Source: Hemiscyllium ocellatum (lineage: Eukaryota). Taken from it: a DNA stretch of 64,000 bases. Made by a program: the position numbers and the translations under genes. The stretch is taken from contig NC_083420.1 in the NCBI RefSeq assembly GCF_020745735.1, positions 51,217,931 through 51,281,930 of the forward strand. The letters run 5' to 3'. Within the stretch, counting starts at the first letter, position 1. Each line of letters starts with the position of its first letter. Below the pieces are notes generated by a model, which saw nothing but the letters and a program-made list of their open reading frames with translations, was not told the origin of the DNA and ran no database searches. Below are positions 13,557-25,805 of this stretch, piece by piece.

Positions 13557-14284
13557 GTTAGAGTGAAACATGGAGAGAGTTGTTAATTGCCTTCAGCATT
13601 GGAATCACTGTCTTTTAGTGAGTTTGTGGAGGGGAAGAAATCGCTGTCTCTGACTGAAGTGAATCGGAGAGCCTTCAGCTCTGGGCCGCGGTTGCTATGG
13701 GAACCAGCCTTGTCCAGAGCTGAAAACAGCAGCAAATGGTCAGGCAGTCACATCCTTTCAACTCAGATGTGGTTTTAATTCTCTCTCCCGTTTTATCCTC
13801 GAAATAGGCTTTATTCATCAGTCAATCAGGATACAGCAATGTACAATTCAGCTGTGGCTGTTCACAGCGTAATACAAACCACACTCCAGAATGCCTCGCT
13901 ACACTTCCATGCAGAGTACATTGACTTTCCATATGGGAAACTGGAACTGGGTTTAGCCATGCAGTTCCTTGAGTCTCTTCCATCATTTAAATTAGTTTGT
14001 GGCTGATCCTCAACTGTAACTCCCACTTGGAGACAGTAAGGACCTGCAGATGCTGCCACTTCCCTGTCTGATTTTCAGTGATCACCATTCTTAGCCTTTA
14101 TTGACTGAGCGTTTGCAACTGTTTTGGGGTGGATTTAACAGATTTCTAACTCGTGAGTGAAGACATTTCAGCTCATCACAGTCCAGAATGGTATCCCCAT
14201 AACCTTGATGATGTCCACCAGCTCTAGGCTTGCCATCTAAGGAAAGCATCCTCTGAGTAGCTACCCTTTCAATTCTTCAGAATC

Positions 14285-17143
14285 AAGGTATTAAGCTGAT
14301 TGGGGGTAGATGTTCACAGGTAAAGGGACGGTTGGAAAGTGGGAACCCCTCAGAAATGAGATAATGAGAATCCAGAGATAGTATATTCCTGTTAGGGTGA
14401 GAGGAAAGGCTGGTAGGTATAGGGAGTGCTGGATGACTAAAGAAATTGAGGGTTTGGTTAAGAAAAAGAAGGAAGTATATGTAAGGTATAGTCAGGATAA
14501 ATCGAGTGAATTCTTAGAAGAGTATAAAGGAAGTAGAAGTATACTTAAGAGGGAAATCAGGAGGGCAGAAATAGGACGAGATAGCTTTGGCAAATAGAAT
14601 TAAGGAGAATCCAAAGAGTTTTTACAAATGCATAAAGGATAAAAGGATAACTAGGGAGAGAATAGGACCCCTCAAAGATCAGCAAGGAAGCATTTGTGTG
14701 GAGCCCAAGAAAATGGGGGAGATGCTAAATGAGTATTTTGCATCAGTATTTACTTTGGAAAAGGATATGGAAGATATAGGCTGTAGGGAAATAGATGGTG
14801 ACATCTTGCAAAATGTCCAGATTACAGAGGAGGAAGTACTGGTAGTCTTGAAACAGGTAAAGGTGGATACATCCCCAGGACCTGATCAGGTGTACCCTAG
14901 AACTCTGTGGGAAGCTAGAGAAGTGATTGCTAGGCCGTATGCTGAGATATTTTTATCATCGATAGTCACAGGTAAGGTGCCGGAAGACAGGAGGTTAGCA
15001 AATGTGGAGCCACTGTTTGAGAAGGGTGGTAAGGACAAGCCAGGGAACTATAGACCAGTAAGCCTGACGTCAGTGGTAAGCAAGTTATTGGAGGGAATCC
15101 TGAGGGACAGGATGTACATGTATTTGGAAAGGCAAGGACTCATTAGGGATAGTCAACATGGCTTTGCGCATGGGAAATCATGTCTCAGCAAACTTGATTG
15201 AGTTTTTTGAGCAAGTAACAAAGAGGATTGATGAGGGCAGAGTGGTAGATGTGATCCATATGGACTTCAGTAAGGCGTTCGACAAGTTTCCCCATGGGAC
15301 ACTGATTAGCTAGGTTAGATGTCATGGAATACAGGGAGAACTAGCCATTTGGATACAGAACTGGCTCAAAGGTAGAAGACAGAGGGTGATGGTGGAGGGT
15401 TGTTTTTCAGACTGGAGGCCTGTGACCAGTGGAGTGCCACAAGGATCAGTGCTGGGTCCTCTACTTTTTGTCATTTACATAAATGATTTGCATGTGAGCA
15501 GAAGAGGTACTGTTAGTAAGTTTGCAGATGACACCAAAATTGGAGGTGTTGTGGATAGCAAAGAGGATTACCTTACATTACAACAGGATCTTAACCAGAT
15601 GGGCCAATGGGCTGAGAAATGGCAGATGGAGTTTAATTCAGATAAATACGAGGTGCTGCATTTTGGGAAACCAATTCTTCGCAGGACTTATACACTTGAT
15701 GGTAAGGCTCTAGGGAGCGTTGCTGAACAAAGAGACCTTGGAGTGCAGGTTTATAGCTCCTTGAAAGTGGTAGATAGGTAGATTGGATAGTGAAGAAGGC
15801 ATTTGGTATGCTTTCCTTTATTGGTCAGAGTATCGTGTACAGGAGATGGGAGGTCATGTTGCGGCTGTACAGAACATTGGTTAGGCCACTGTTGGAATAT
15901 TGCGTGCAATTCTGGTCTCCTTCCTATCAGAAAGATGTTGTGAAACTTGAAAGTGTTCAGAAAAGACTTACAAGGATGATGCCAGGGTTAGAGGACTTGA
16001 GCTATAGGGAGAGGCTGAACTGGCTGTTTTCCCTGGAGCGTCAGAGACTGAGGGGTAACCTTATAGAGGTTTACAAAATAATGAGAGGTATGGATAGGGT
16101 AAGTAGGCAAAGTCTTTTTCCTGCGGTCAGGGAGTCCAGAACTAGAGGGCATAGGTTTAAGGTGAGAGGGGAAAGGTATAAAAGAGACCTACAGGGCAAC
16201 TTTTTCACGCAGAGGGTGGTACGTGTATGGAATGAGCTGCCAGAGGAAGTGGTGGAGGCTGGTACAATTGCAATATTTAAGTGGCATTTGGATGGGTATA
16301 TGAATATCCAAGGAACAGGAGAATCGGCGTTTCGGGCATAAGCCCTTCTTCAGGAATGAGGAAAGTGTGCCAAACAGGCTAAGATAAAAGGTAGGGAGGA
16401 GGGACTTGGGGGGAGTGGCATTGGGATTGCGATAGGTGGAAGGAGGTTAAGGTGAGGGTGATAGGCAGGAGAGGGGGTGGGGGCGGAGAGGTCGGGAAGA
16501 AGATTGCAGATCAAGAAGGCGGTGCTGAGTCCGAGGTTGGGACTGAGATAAGGTGGGGGAGGGGAAATGAGGAAGCTGGAGAAATCTGCATTCATCCCTT
16601 GTGGTTGGAGGGTTCCTAGGTGGAAGATGAGGTGCTCTTCCTCATTCCTGAAAAAGAATGCAGATTTCTCCAGCTTCCTCATTTCCCCACCCCCCACCTT
16701 ATCTCAGTCCCAACCCTCGCACTCAGCACCGCCTTCTTGACCTGCAATCTTCTTCCCAACCTCTCCGCCCCCACTCCCTCTCCAGCCTATCACCCTCACC
16801 TTAACCTCCTTCCACCTATCGCTTTCCCAATGCCCCTCCCCCCAGCCCCTCCTCCCTACCTTTTATCTTAACCTGCTTCCTCATTCCTGAAGAAGGGCTT
16901 ATGCCCAAAACATCGATTCTCCTCCTCCTTGGATGCTGCCTGACCGCTGCACTTTTCCAGCAACACATTTTTCAACTCTGATCTCCAGTCCTCATTTTGT
17001 CCTGGGTTTATGAATAGGAGTGGTTTGGAGGGATATGGGCCGGGTGCTGGCAGGTGGGACTAGATTGGGTTGGGATATCTGGTCGGCATGGACGGGTTGA
17101 ACTGAAGGGTCTGTTTCCGTGCTGTACGTCTCTATGACTCTAT
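14285..17143 (+). mobile_element. HER1/CR1 LINE, long ORF2 (RT) fragment, frameshifted
   Basis: SPGPD, PGNYRPVSLTS, SQHGF, DFSKAFDK, GVPQGSVLGPLLF, FADDTK motifs; interrupted by Penelope at 16307-17002. Confidence 0.95.
16307..17002. mobile_element. Penelope family B inverted (fold-back) insertion nested in a CR1
   Basis: Two ~330-bp opposite-orientation arms; flanked by TGGGT(A/T)TATGAATA duplication (16293-16306, 17003-17016); both hammerhead cores carry substitutions. Confidence 0.88.
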
Positions 17144-17759
17144 GGACATTTTGTTCTTCTGAATGCACATTCTTCTCATTGTGCTTCCACCAGAGAACCC
17201 TCTTATCCCAAAAATTAATTTATTCAATCATATTTACACCCCCCTCTTAAGTTAACTGTGCCCTTCCCTAAGTAAAATGGGGTGTCTGTACAATATCCTA
17301 ATGCCATGAGGCTAGTACAATTCCAACATTTTAAAGGAATCTGGATGGGTACATGAATAGAAAGGGTTTAGAGGGATATAGACCAAATGCTGGCCAAGGG
17401 GACTAGATTAGTTTAGAATATCGGGTCAACATAGATGAGTTGGATCGAAAGAACTGTTTCCAAGCTGTACAACTCTATAAAGTAACCAGAATTGTTCTCA
17501 TCCAGTTACTTCTAATTAAGCCAAAATATAGGTTCTCCCAATTGCTTGTTCTTAATTATGTTATGAATATATTTTGATTGGTATAAGCGTGAATGGTTTT
17601 ACACTGGTTCCAGGTCCTTAGTGTGACTTAGATCCAATGTGACTTAGACTCTGACTGTGACCTTCACCCCATTGTTACTTTATGTTGACTGCATCAGACT
17701 TCCAGTGTATCTCTCAGCATTTATCCCTGGACCTTGGAATATGCCAGTCTACACTGCCT

Positions 17760-18600
17760 GTGGACAAGCGGAAAAGGTTACGTCAGAATACAACGGGATC
17801 TTGATCAGATGGGCCAATGGCCTGAGCAGTAACAGATGGAGTTTAATTGAGATAAGTGTGAGGTGCTGTGTTTTGGAAAGGGAAATCAGAGCTGAACTTA
17901 TGCACTTAGTGATAAGATTCTAGAGTTTGTTGCTGAACAAAGAGACCTTGGAGTGCAGGTTCACAGTTCCTTGAAAATGGAGTGGCAGGTAGATAGGATA
18001 GTGAAAAAGGCATTTGGTATGCTTTCCTTTATTGGTCAGAGCATTGAGTATAGGAGTTGGGAGGTCATATTGTGGCTGTACAGGACATTGGTTAGGCCAC
18101 TTTTGGAACATTCTGTGCAACTCTGGTATCCCTCCTATGGGAAGAATGTTGTAAAACTTGAAAGGGTTCAGAAAAGATTTACAAGATGTTGCCAGGATTG
18201 GAGGATTTGAGCTATAGGGAGAGGCTGAACAGGTTAGGGCTGTTTTCCCTGTAATGTTGGAGGCTGAGGGATGACCTTATAGAGGTTTATAAAATCATGA
18301 GTGGCCGGGATAGGGTGAATAGACAAAGTCTTTTCCCTGGGGGTGGGAAGTCCCAAATGGAGGGCATAGGTTTAAGGTGAGAGGGGAAAGATTTAAAAGG
18401 GACCTAAGGGGCAATTTTTTCACATAGAGGGTGGTGCCTGTATGGAACGAGCTGCCAGAGGAAGTGGTTGCAGTTGGTACAATTACAACATTTAAAAGGC
18501 ATCTAGATGGATATATGAATAAGAAGGATTTGGAGGGATATGAGCCAAGTGCTGGCAAATGGGACTAGATTAGGTTAGGATATCTGGTTGGATTGGAGCA
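17760..18600 (+). mobile_element. HER1/CR1 LINE 3' fragment
   Basis: VKKAFGMLSFI..LYRTLVRPLLE..LERVQKRFTR. Confidence 0.88.
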
Positions 18601-21600
18601 TAGCATCTGATCTTACAGAGCTGTTTGAGATGAGCCTCAACAAAAGCTCCTGAACCCCTTTCCAAAACATTCTTTGTAAGTGCACAAAAGATGACAAGTC
18701 TTACTCTTCCCAACCATCTAACCACGAAGTGGGACTCTGGGTGTGCACGAAGGAGCTATTGGAGAGGAATGTATTCACCACACTTCAAGCCACATCTTGG
18801 TTATTCCTTGTCAGTTCTGGCAATAAAGTGTTTTGAGGAACCATCCAACAGGATCCAATATCTCCTTTCTCCGCAGGGCTTTGAGGATATTACATGCAGA
18901 CCACTACCTCATCAAATTGTCTGATCAAACATGTTTTTATATTTTTAAAAATTATCTATCAGGAGCAGGAGTATGGTGTGTCCAACTGAATGGAGCATTC
19001 CTGGGAACTTGGCCAGATCTATCCTTCAAAATACTGGCACAATTAGAACTACTGCACATACTGGCAGGTAGTGTTTGTGTACTGAGGAATTATGGAGAAC
19101 TTGATGCAGCCACATGCAAAGGTAGTGATCAGGTGTATTTTCCGTCCTTTATCATCTAAAGGTTTGAGCATTATACCCCTGCAAATATGGTCCATTTTCA
19201 GTCTCCAGATAAAATGAAGTCGGGCTTGTGTGATTGCCTTAGTGCTGCAGGGAGAATGGGTCAAACACGCACCATGTATAGAAGCACCGAGAGCATTTTG
19301 TATTCTGATAACCAGGTTATCACATGGAATTGAGAGGAACCATTGCTCAAAGAAGGTTTTCACAATCCTCCAATTGTGTGAGTTCAAAGGTGTCAACGTG
19401 TTTTCTGAGGTTTCAACCAAGGATGCGCTAGATCTGCGGTGTGCCAATGACATCACACAGTTTGGTGTCTTTTACTAGTTCTGTGGCGTCCAGTTTGCTG
19501 TCATTTTTGCTGGATCATCCAGCCTCATTGATGATGCAGTTGCAGTTACTGCATAGAACAACATGGCCTGGTCATCATCAGCAGCAATAGGAGTTGCTAG
19601 AAGTAGACCAGTCACTCATTTACTCAAGCCAGAAATGAAACCTGAGTGGTCAGAGCAAAGCAATTTTGCAACAAGACCACTAAGTACTGCTTCCTTCAGT
19701 GTTAGCGAAGTGTCTTCTAGCAACAGAATATCCAGCCGTAAAGAACAATGACCGTTAACATGCATGTTTGCTCACTGAGCTGGAAGGTATGTTTTCAGAT
19801 GTTTTATCACCATACTAGGTAACATTATCAGTGACAGTCTCCAGTCACCATACGTGGGAACATCATCAGTGAGAGTCTGCAGTGAAGTGCTGGTGGTATG
19901 TCCCGCCTCTCCACTTATAGGTCTTGCTTTCTTAAGGTGGGTGATACCATTTCTGATTTCTTTTCTCTCAAATATCACAAACAATGATCATTGCCTCTTG
20001 ACCAAATTGATGACCATTATCCTGACCACCTGAAAGAACATCAGTTAACCTTGGGGAGGTATCCTAGGATCAAAGACCATTGTATAGTTTTCTTTCTTCA
20101 CATCATTATCCTTCGAACTTTGAATTTCTGTTTACAAAGGTTAGTTCAAAGATCCATCTGAAATGTCATATAGGTTGGTTCTGGCCTTTGGGTGTGTTCC
20201 TGCACAGTGTTACCTGCAAGGTCCCTTCCAGACCTTACACCATTCTGCCTTAAGTCAAAATCTTGGAATATTTGTCATTGGAACAATGTTAGAGTCTATT
20301 GTCAAGGATGTAACGGCAGTGCATTTAGAAACACATAATATAACAGGTAGAATCAACATGGCTTCAACAGGAGAACTCATGCCTGATAAATTTCTTAGAA
20401 TTATTTGAGAATGTCACAACCAGGCTAGATGAAGGGGAACCAGTAATTGTCATATATTGGGATTTTCAAACAGCATCAAATGAGGTACTGTAAGGCCACC
20501 TTTTAAGGTGAGCCCATGGTATTGGGGTCCTCATGTAAGAATAAAATAAAGCTAGCATCCAAGGATTGTTGGCCTTTATTTCAAAGCAAATTGAGTATAA
20601 AAATAGAAAGGTCTTGTTAAAATTATACAAGGCACCAGCCAGACCACACCTGGAATAATGTGAACAATTTGGTTCCACTTATCAAAGTAAAGATATACTG
20701 TCATGAGAGGCAGCTGGAGATGGAGCGGTTGAGTAATTTGGGCTTGTACTCAACGGAGTTCAGAAGAATGAGAGGAAACCTTATTGAAACCTATATGATA
20801 CTGAAGGGGTTTGACAGGATACATAACTGAGAAGTTCTTTTCCCTTATGGGACAGCCTAGCATCAAAGGGTATAAAATCATAGTAAGGGGTTGCCTATTT
20901 AATGCCAAAATCAGTAAGAACATTTTTCTTTCAGAGGATAGTGAATCTGTGGAATTCTTTATTGCAGAGGGCTGTTGAGGCTGAGTTGTTAAATATATAA
21001 GCACATGGATGATGATGGGATAGTGTAGGGGGACAAGCTGAGAATAGTTCACAGGTCAACGCAACGTCGAGGGCTGATGGGTCTGTTCTGCCCTGTATTG
21101 TTCTCCGTTCTATATTCAATGCGGAGCTAGATAGGTTTGTACTCTAGAAGAGAATCAATGCTCATGGGGAAAGACAAGGGAGTGGAGATGAGGATTCTCA
21201 ACTTAGTCATGATCTCAGTGAATGGCAGAACAGACTTGATGGACCAAATTGCCTAATTTTCCTATGTTTTATAGTCTAACTTCGGTGTTAACAGTACTAT
21301 GGTTGCCCCTACAACACATGGTCTGCAGCATGTAACCTTGATTCTTTCAATAGCAAAATTGGAGAAAGGTATGGGATGGCTTCTTTGGCATTCATTTTCA
21401 ATGCTATCTTGATCTATTAGACCATTGATGTAGGAGTACCTTCCAATCCTATCAGTATATTTGCTGTATCGTTTCAGTGACAGGAATGTGCTGTCATGGT
21501 GCAGTTCCTTTACACTGGGAAGGAAAGCTTGCAGAAACTTTGGGGATCCATTCACGTTTTTAAAATATCATTTCAAGTTATGCACTATAGGCAAGGTAGT

Positions 21601-22230
21601 CCACTGCTTGGAAATCATATCACTCGTATGAACCCTCTGCACTTAGAAGATGAGGTTAGCAGGCATATCTTTTTCCACTTTCTTCATCAACATTCTGACA
21701 GTGCCCTATACTCCCTCACTCAGTTCTCACCATTTTAACACGTTTGACTCCTCGACTCCTATTGATATTAGACCAAAGCTACAAACTAATGAGAAAAGTC
21801 AAGACTCTTCACTCAAATGTTTACAATCCTACCTTTGCACTTTGCCAAAAAGCCAAGAAGCAGTCCCAGGAGGGAACTACCCTGCAGTTTCCAAAGTCTG
21901 TGACAGACTCTGAAAAGTACCGTTGAAGCCACAATCTCATAGTTTAAATATGCTGGAGAGTTAATTTCACTTGATTGTACTTTCAAAGAGAAGCTGATAT
22001 ATAGGCAAAAAATGATGACAAAATGCAAATTAATTCTGTCAAAAAGTACTTATGAATTTGATGTCTCATGGCTAACTGCCTTGCTGTTGCTCCAGAGGTA
22101 GCCAAACATGAAAGAATCAGCAGCAGTGGGCTGCATCATTAGCTTGAAAAGGTGAAGTGTTCTGTAATACCTCTTCTTCCAAACTGAGTATCCCTGAGCT
22201 GCAAGCTGCTGCTCTCTGCAGTTTAACTTT
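18600..22230 (-). mobile_element. Old decayed Tx1-clade LINE, interrupted by a CR1 fragment (~20270-21260)
   Basis: Minus frame LHFIWRLKMDHI...ITTFACGCIKFSIIPQYTNTTCQYV aligns with the young Tx1 at 60.4 kb (MATFVCGCIKLCVDPRYANTKCHYV); the extent beyond 20.2 kb is less certain. Confidence 0.65.
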
Positions 22231-22239
22231 AAAATGAAT

Positions 22240-23430
22240 CTTGATCAATTGGGTCAATGGGCTGAGGAGTGGCAGATGGAGTTTCATTTGGATAAGTGGG
22301 AGGTATTGTATTCTGGTAAAATAACCAAGTGCAGGACTTACACAATTAATGGTAGGGCCCTGGGTAGTTTTGTAGAACAGAGAGACCTAGGAGTTAGGTA
22401 CATGCTTCTTTGAATTTGGTGTCACCAATAGGCAGAGTAGTTATGAAGACATTTAGCACACTCATCTTCATTGCTCTGATCTTTGAGTATTGGAGGTGGG
22501 ATGTCATGTTGATGTTGTATATGATGTTAATGAGGCCTCTTCAGGAGTACTGTGTGCAGTTCTGGTTGCACTGTTACAGGAAGGATATTATTACCCGGCA
22601 AAGACGAGTTAACTTGTCTTCACCCAATTTGTCTTTTTCAGAGTGCGATGAGTAAACTCGTCCAAAACATATAATTTCAAAAACAGCCGCACACGAGTTT
22701 ATACGTCAATTCTCAGCATTTATAGGCCCTTCTCAGCTAGAAATGAGTATACTCGGTGACTCATATGTCTGGTAGCTGTGTCTCTTCCACCTCAGGCATT
22801 GCAAGAAGCGTCAACGCACCGCTTTTGGGTACACACTGTCATTCGGTTTTTTCTGTTTTTTTTAACAAATTACGCCCAGATGTTGAGCTCAGAAGATGAC
22901 AATGAGTATGAGCCTTCTATTAGAAGCTTGGATACATCAGATGAGAGTGCAAGCATTAAAAATACTATTAAAAAAGCAATTAAAAAATTGGTCTGAAAAT
23001 GAAACGTTTTGTCCAAAAAAAAGTCGCTGGGGAAGGGGTTAAAATGGGGAGGGTTCAGAAAAGATTTACCAGAATGTTGCTGGGAATGGAGGGTTGCAAT
23101 TATAAGGATAGCTTTTCACTGAACGTAGGAGATTATAGAGATCATGATGGGCATAGTCAAGGTGAAAAGCAAGGTTCTTTTCCCTAGGTTGAGGGAATTC
23201 AAAATGAGGGGTATATTTTTAAGGTGAGAGGAGAAAGCTTTAAAAAAGACATGAGGGGCAACCTTTTCGCACAGCGTGGTTCGAGCATGGAATGAGCTGC
23301 CAGAGAAATGGATGCAGGTACAGTTACAACACTTAAAAGACAAGTACATGAATAGACTAGTTTAGTTTGGGAACATGGTGGCCATGGATTAGTTGGACAG
23401 AAGGGTCTGTTTCCATGTTCTATGACTCTC
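22240..23430 (+). mobile_element. HER1/CR1 LINE 3' fragment interrupted by a piggyBac-like element
   Basis: RPLQEYCVQFW..YRKDII breaks off and resumes after 23040 as ..RVQKRFTRML. Confidence 0.8.
22594..23038 (+). mobile_element. Non-autonomous piggyBac-like DNA transposon (internal deletion derivative)
   Basis: Inserted at the CR1 TTAA; right end GCTGGGGAAGGGG-TTAA, left end TTA-CCCGGCAAAGACGAG (partly deleted TIR); acidic stub LSSEDDNEYEPS..DTSDES resembles piggyBac transposase N-termini. Confidence 0.6.
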
Positions 23431-24827
23431 TGCTCCAAGAATTTCTGTTAATATCTTGCTTCAGTTATACAAATTTGCCTGTGTATCGTGGATTCTACCT
23501 AATCTGGCTTAAAATAAATATTTGTGCACATTGCAGAGCTCATCAACTGAAGCATTTCTACCATTTTCTGGAATTTAGTACCTCCAGAACAGTAATTACT
23601 GACATTTTATTTTCTTGATAAACCTATGCAAATTGTGTTAGCTGTTTATCTCTCTTGCTAACATCATTACTTGTAGTATATCATCAGATACTCATTCAAA
23701 AACCAGTAGAAAATAGATTGCAATTCTTCAATAAAGTGGAAACACTTGAGCCAAGATTATGATAAACAGACTTGATACATCAGTGCAGTACTGAGTGGAG
23801 CAATGCCAGAAACAGGTGACTTGGTCATTCATTTCATTGCTATTGGAGGATCATGCTGCACATAAAATGGAAACTATACTTGCCCACAGAACAAGAATCG
23901 GTACCTTCAATTTAATTCTGTGTGTAGCAAACTCAGAGATAATTCTGAGATACACTTGATAAATAAATATTTCTCACATTTTAAAGGACTAATATTGAGG
24001 CTACAATCAATCGATGTTCCCAGATCATCTGTAGTGTTTTTATAAATATTGCACTCTCCATCATTGAATAGCTATTAGCCTCTTCAAATTCTCTGTGCAA
24101 AAAAGCCAAAGAATACTAAAAAAAAATGCCTCTGGAAAATGGTGCCATGTGTTATACTCTGCCATCAATGGGAATCAAACATACTCTACGCTTCATTACA
24201 GTGGCCAATATTTTATGCTATAAATGTTGCTGTCAGTTCACAAAGGAAAAATCCAATAATTATGTAGCGTTGTTTATTGCCACACAAACAGAAGTAGTAA
24301 ATAATTCTCAGCAACATGGTACAATAATTGTACATGGGATGTAGACTCCCAATCCATTGACTTTTATTTCTCATCTTTTACGTCAACCCAATATCATGAA
24401 TCATTTTTGTCTTGATATTAAATGCTACCTTTGTTACTCCATTCTATATTGCCGGATGGCATACAGAGATATACAAGTGACTCCTTTGGTTCTTTCAAGA
24501 AAACTCACCCGCTGGGTGCATTTTTTCTTTTCAACGAACCTCAAATTTTCAAAGTTGTGGAGTGTGGCTGCCTGCAGAAACCAGCCGTTTTTTAACTTCA
24601 TTCATACATCCACCATTTTTTGACACCAGTAGACCTGTAAAATTGTACATAACTGCAACTCTTCATTTGTTGGCCTAATCAATATCTGAAGCTATTTATT
24701 CACAGGTGGCATCACAATTGAACCTTATGCTATTGTCATCAATATGAACCTTAATCATACGTGCTGAAGAGTAATTTGAAGAGGGAGCCATGTTTTGAAT
24801 GGTAGAAAATGTCTCAAACAAATAGAT

Positions 24828-25805
24828 GCAAATGTGTTGCTAGTCAAAGCACAGCAAGCCAGGCAGCATCTCAGGAATAGAGAATTCGACGTTTCGAGCA
24901 TAAGCCCTTCATCAGGAATAAGAGAGAGAGCCAAGCAGGCTAAGATAAAAGGTAGGGAGGAGGGACTAGGGGGAGGGGCGATGGAGGTGGGATAGGTGGA
25001 AGGAGGTCAAGGTGAGGGTGATAGGCCGGAGTGGGGTGGGGGCGGAGAGGTCAGGAAGAAGATTGCAGGTTAGGAGGGCGGTGCTGAGTTGAGGGAACCG
25101 ACTGAGACAAGGTGGGGGGAGGGGAAATGAGGAAACTGGAGAAATCTGAATTCATACCTTGTGGTTGGAGGGTTCCCAGGCGGAAGATGAGGCGCTCCTC
25201 CTCCAGCCGTCGTGTTGTTGTGTTCTGCCGGTGGAGGAGTCCAAGGACCTGCATGTCCTCGGTGGAGTGGGAGGGAGAGTTAAAGTGTTGAGCCACGGGG
25301 TGATTGGGTTGGTTGGTTCGGGCGGCCCGGAGGTGTTCTCTGAAGCGTTCCGCAAGTAAGCGGCCTGTCTCACCAATATAGAGGAGGCCACACCGGGTGC
25401 AGCGGATGCAATAGATGATGTGTGTGGAGGTACAGGTGAACTTGTGGCTGATATGGAAGGATCCCTTGGGGCCTTGGAGGGAAGTGAGTGTGGAGGTGTG
25501 GGTGCAAGTTTTACATTTCCTGCGGTTGCAGGGGAAGGTGCCGGGGGTGGAGGTTGGGTTGGTGGGGGGTGTGGATCTGACGAGGGAGTCACGAAGGGAG
25601 TGGTCCTTGCGGAATGCTGATAGGGGAGGGGAGGGAAATATATCCTTGGTGGTGGGGTCCGTTTGGAGGTGGCGGAAATGGCGGCGGATGATACGTTGTA
25701 TTTTGGAGGTGGCGGAAATGGCGGCGGATGATACGTTGTATTTTGGAGGTGGCGGAAATGGCGGCGTTTGGAGGTGGCGGAAATGGCGGCGTTTGGAGGT
25801 GGCGG
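24828..25805 (-). mobile_element. Penelope-like element family B, 5'-truncated, with GIY-YIG domain
   Basis: Minus frame reads PCNRRKCKTC..IIYCIRCTRCGLLYIGETGRLLAERFREH..HPVAQHFN; flanked by AATAGAT duplication (24821-24827, 25806-25812). Confidence 0.92.
24884..24919 (-). ncRNA. Minimal type I hammerhead, family B, intact core
   Basis: Minus strand ATTC-CTGATGA-A-GGGC-TTAT-GCTC-GAAA-CG-TC-GAAT. Confidence 0.8.

Noticed and set aside
24509-24634. Possible minus-strand exon (AG...GTGAGT) inside ATP5MF intron 1
   Set aside because: Stops in all three frames, weak pyrimidine tract, no recognisable peptide or partner exons.
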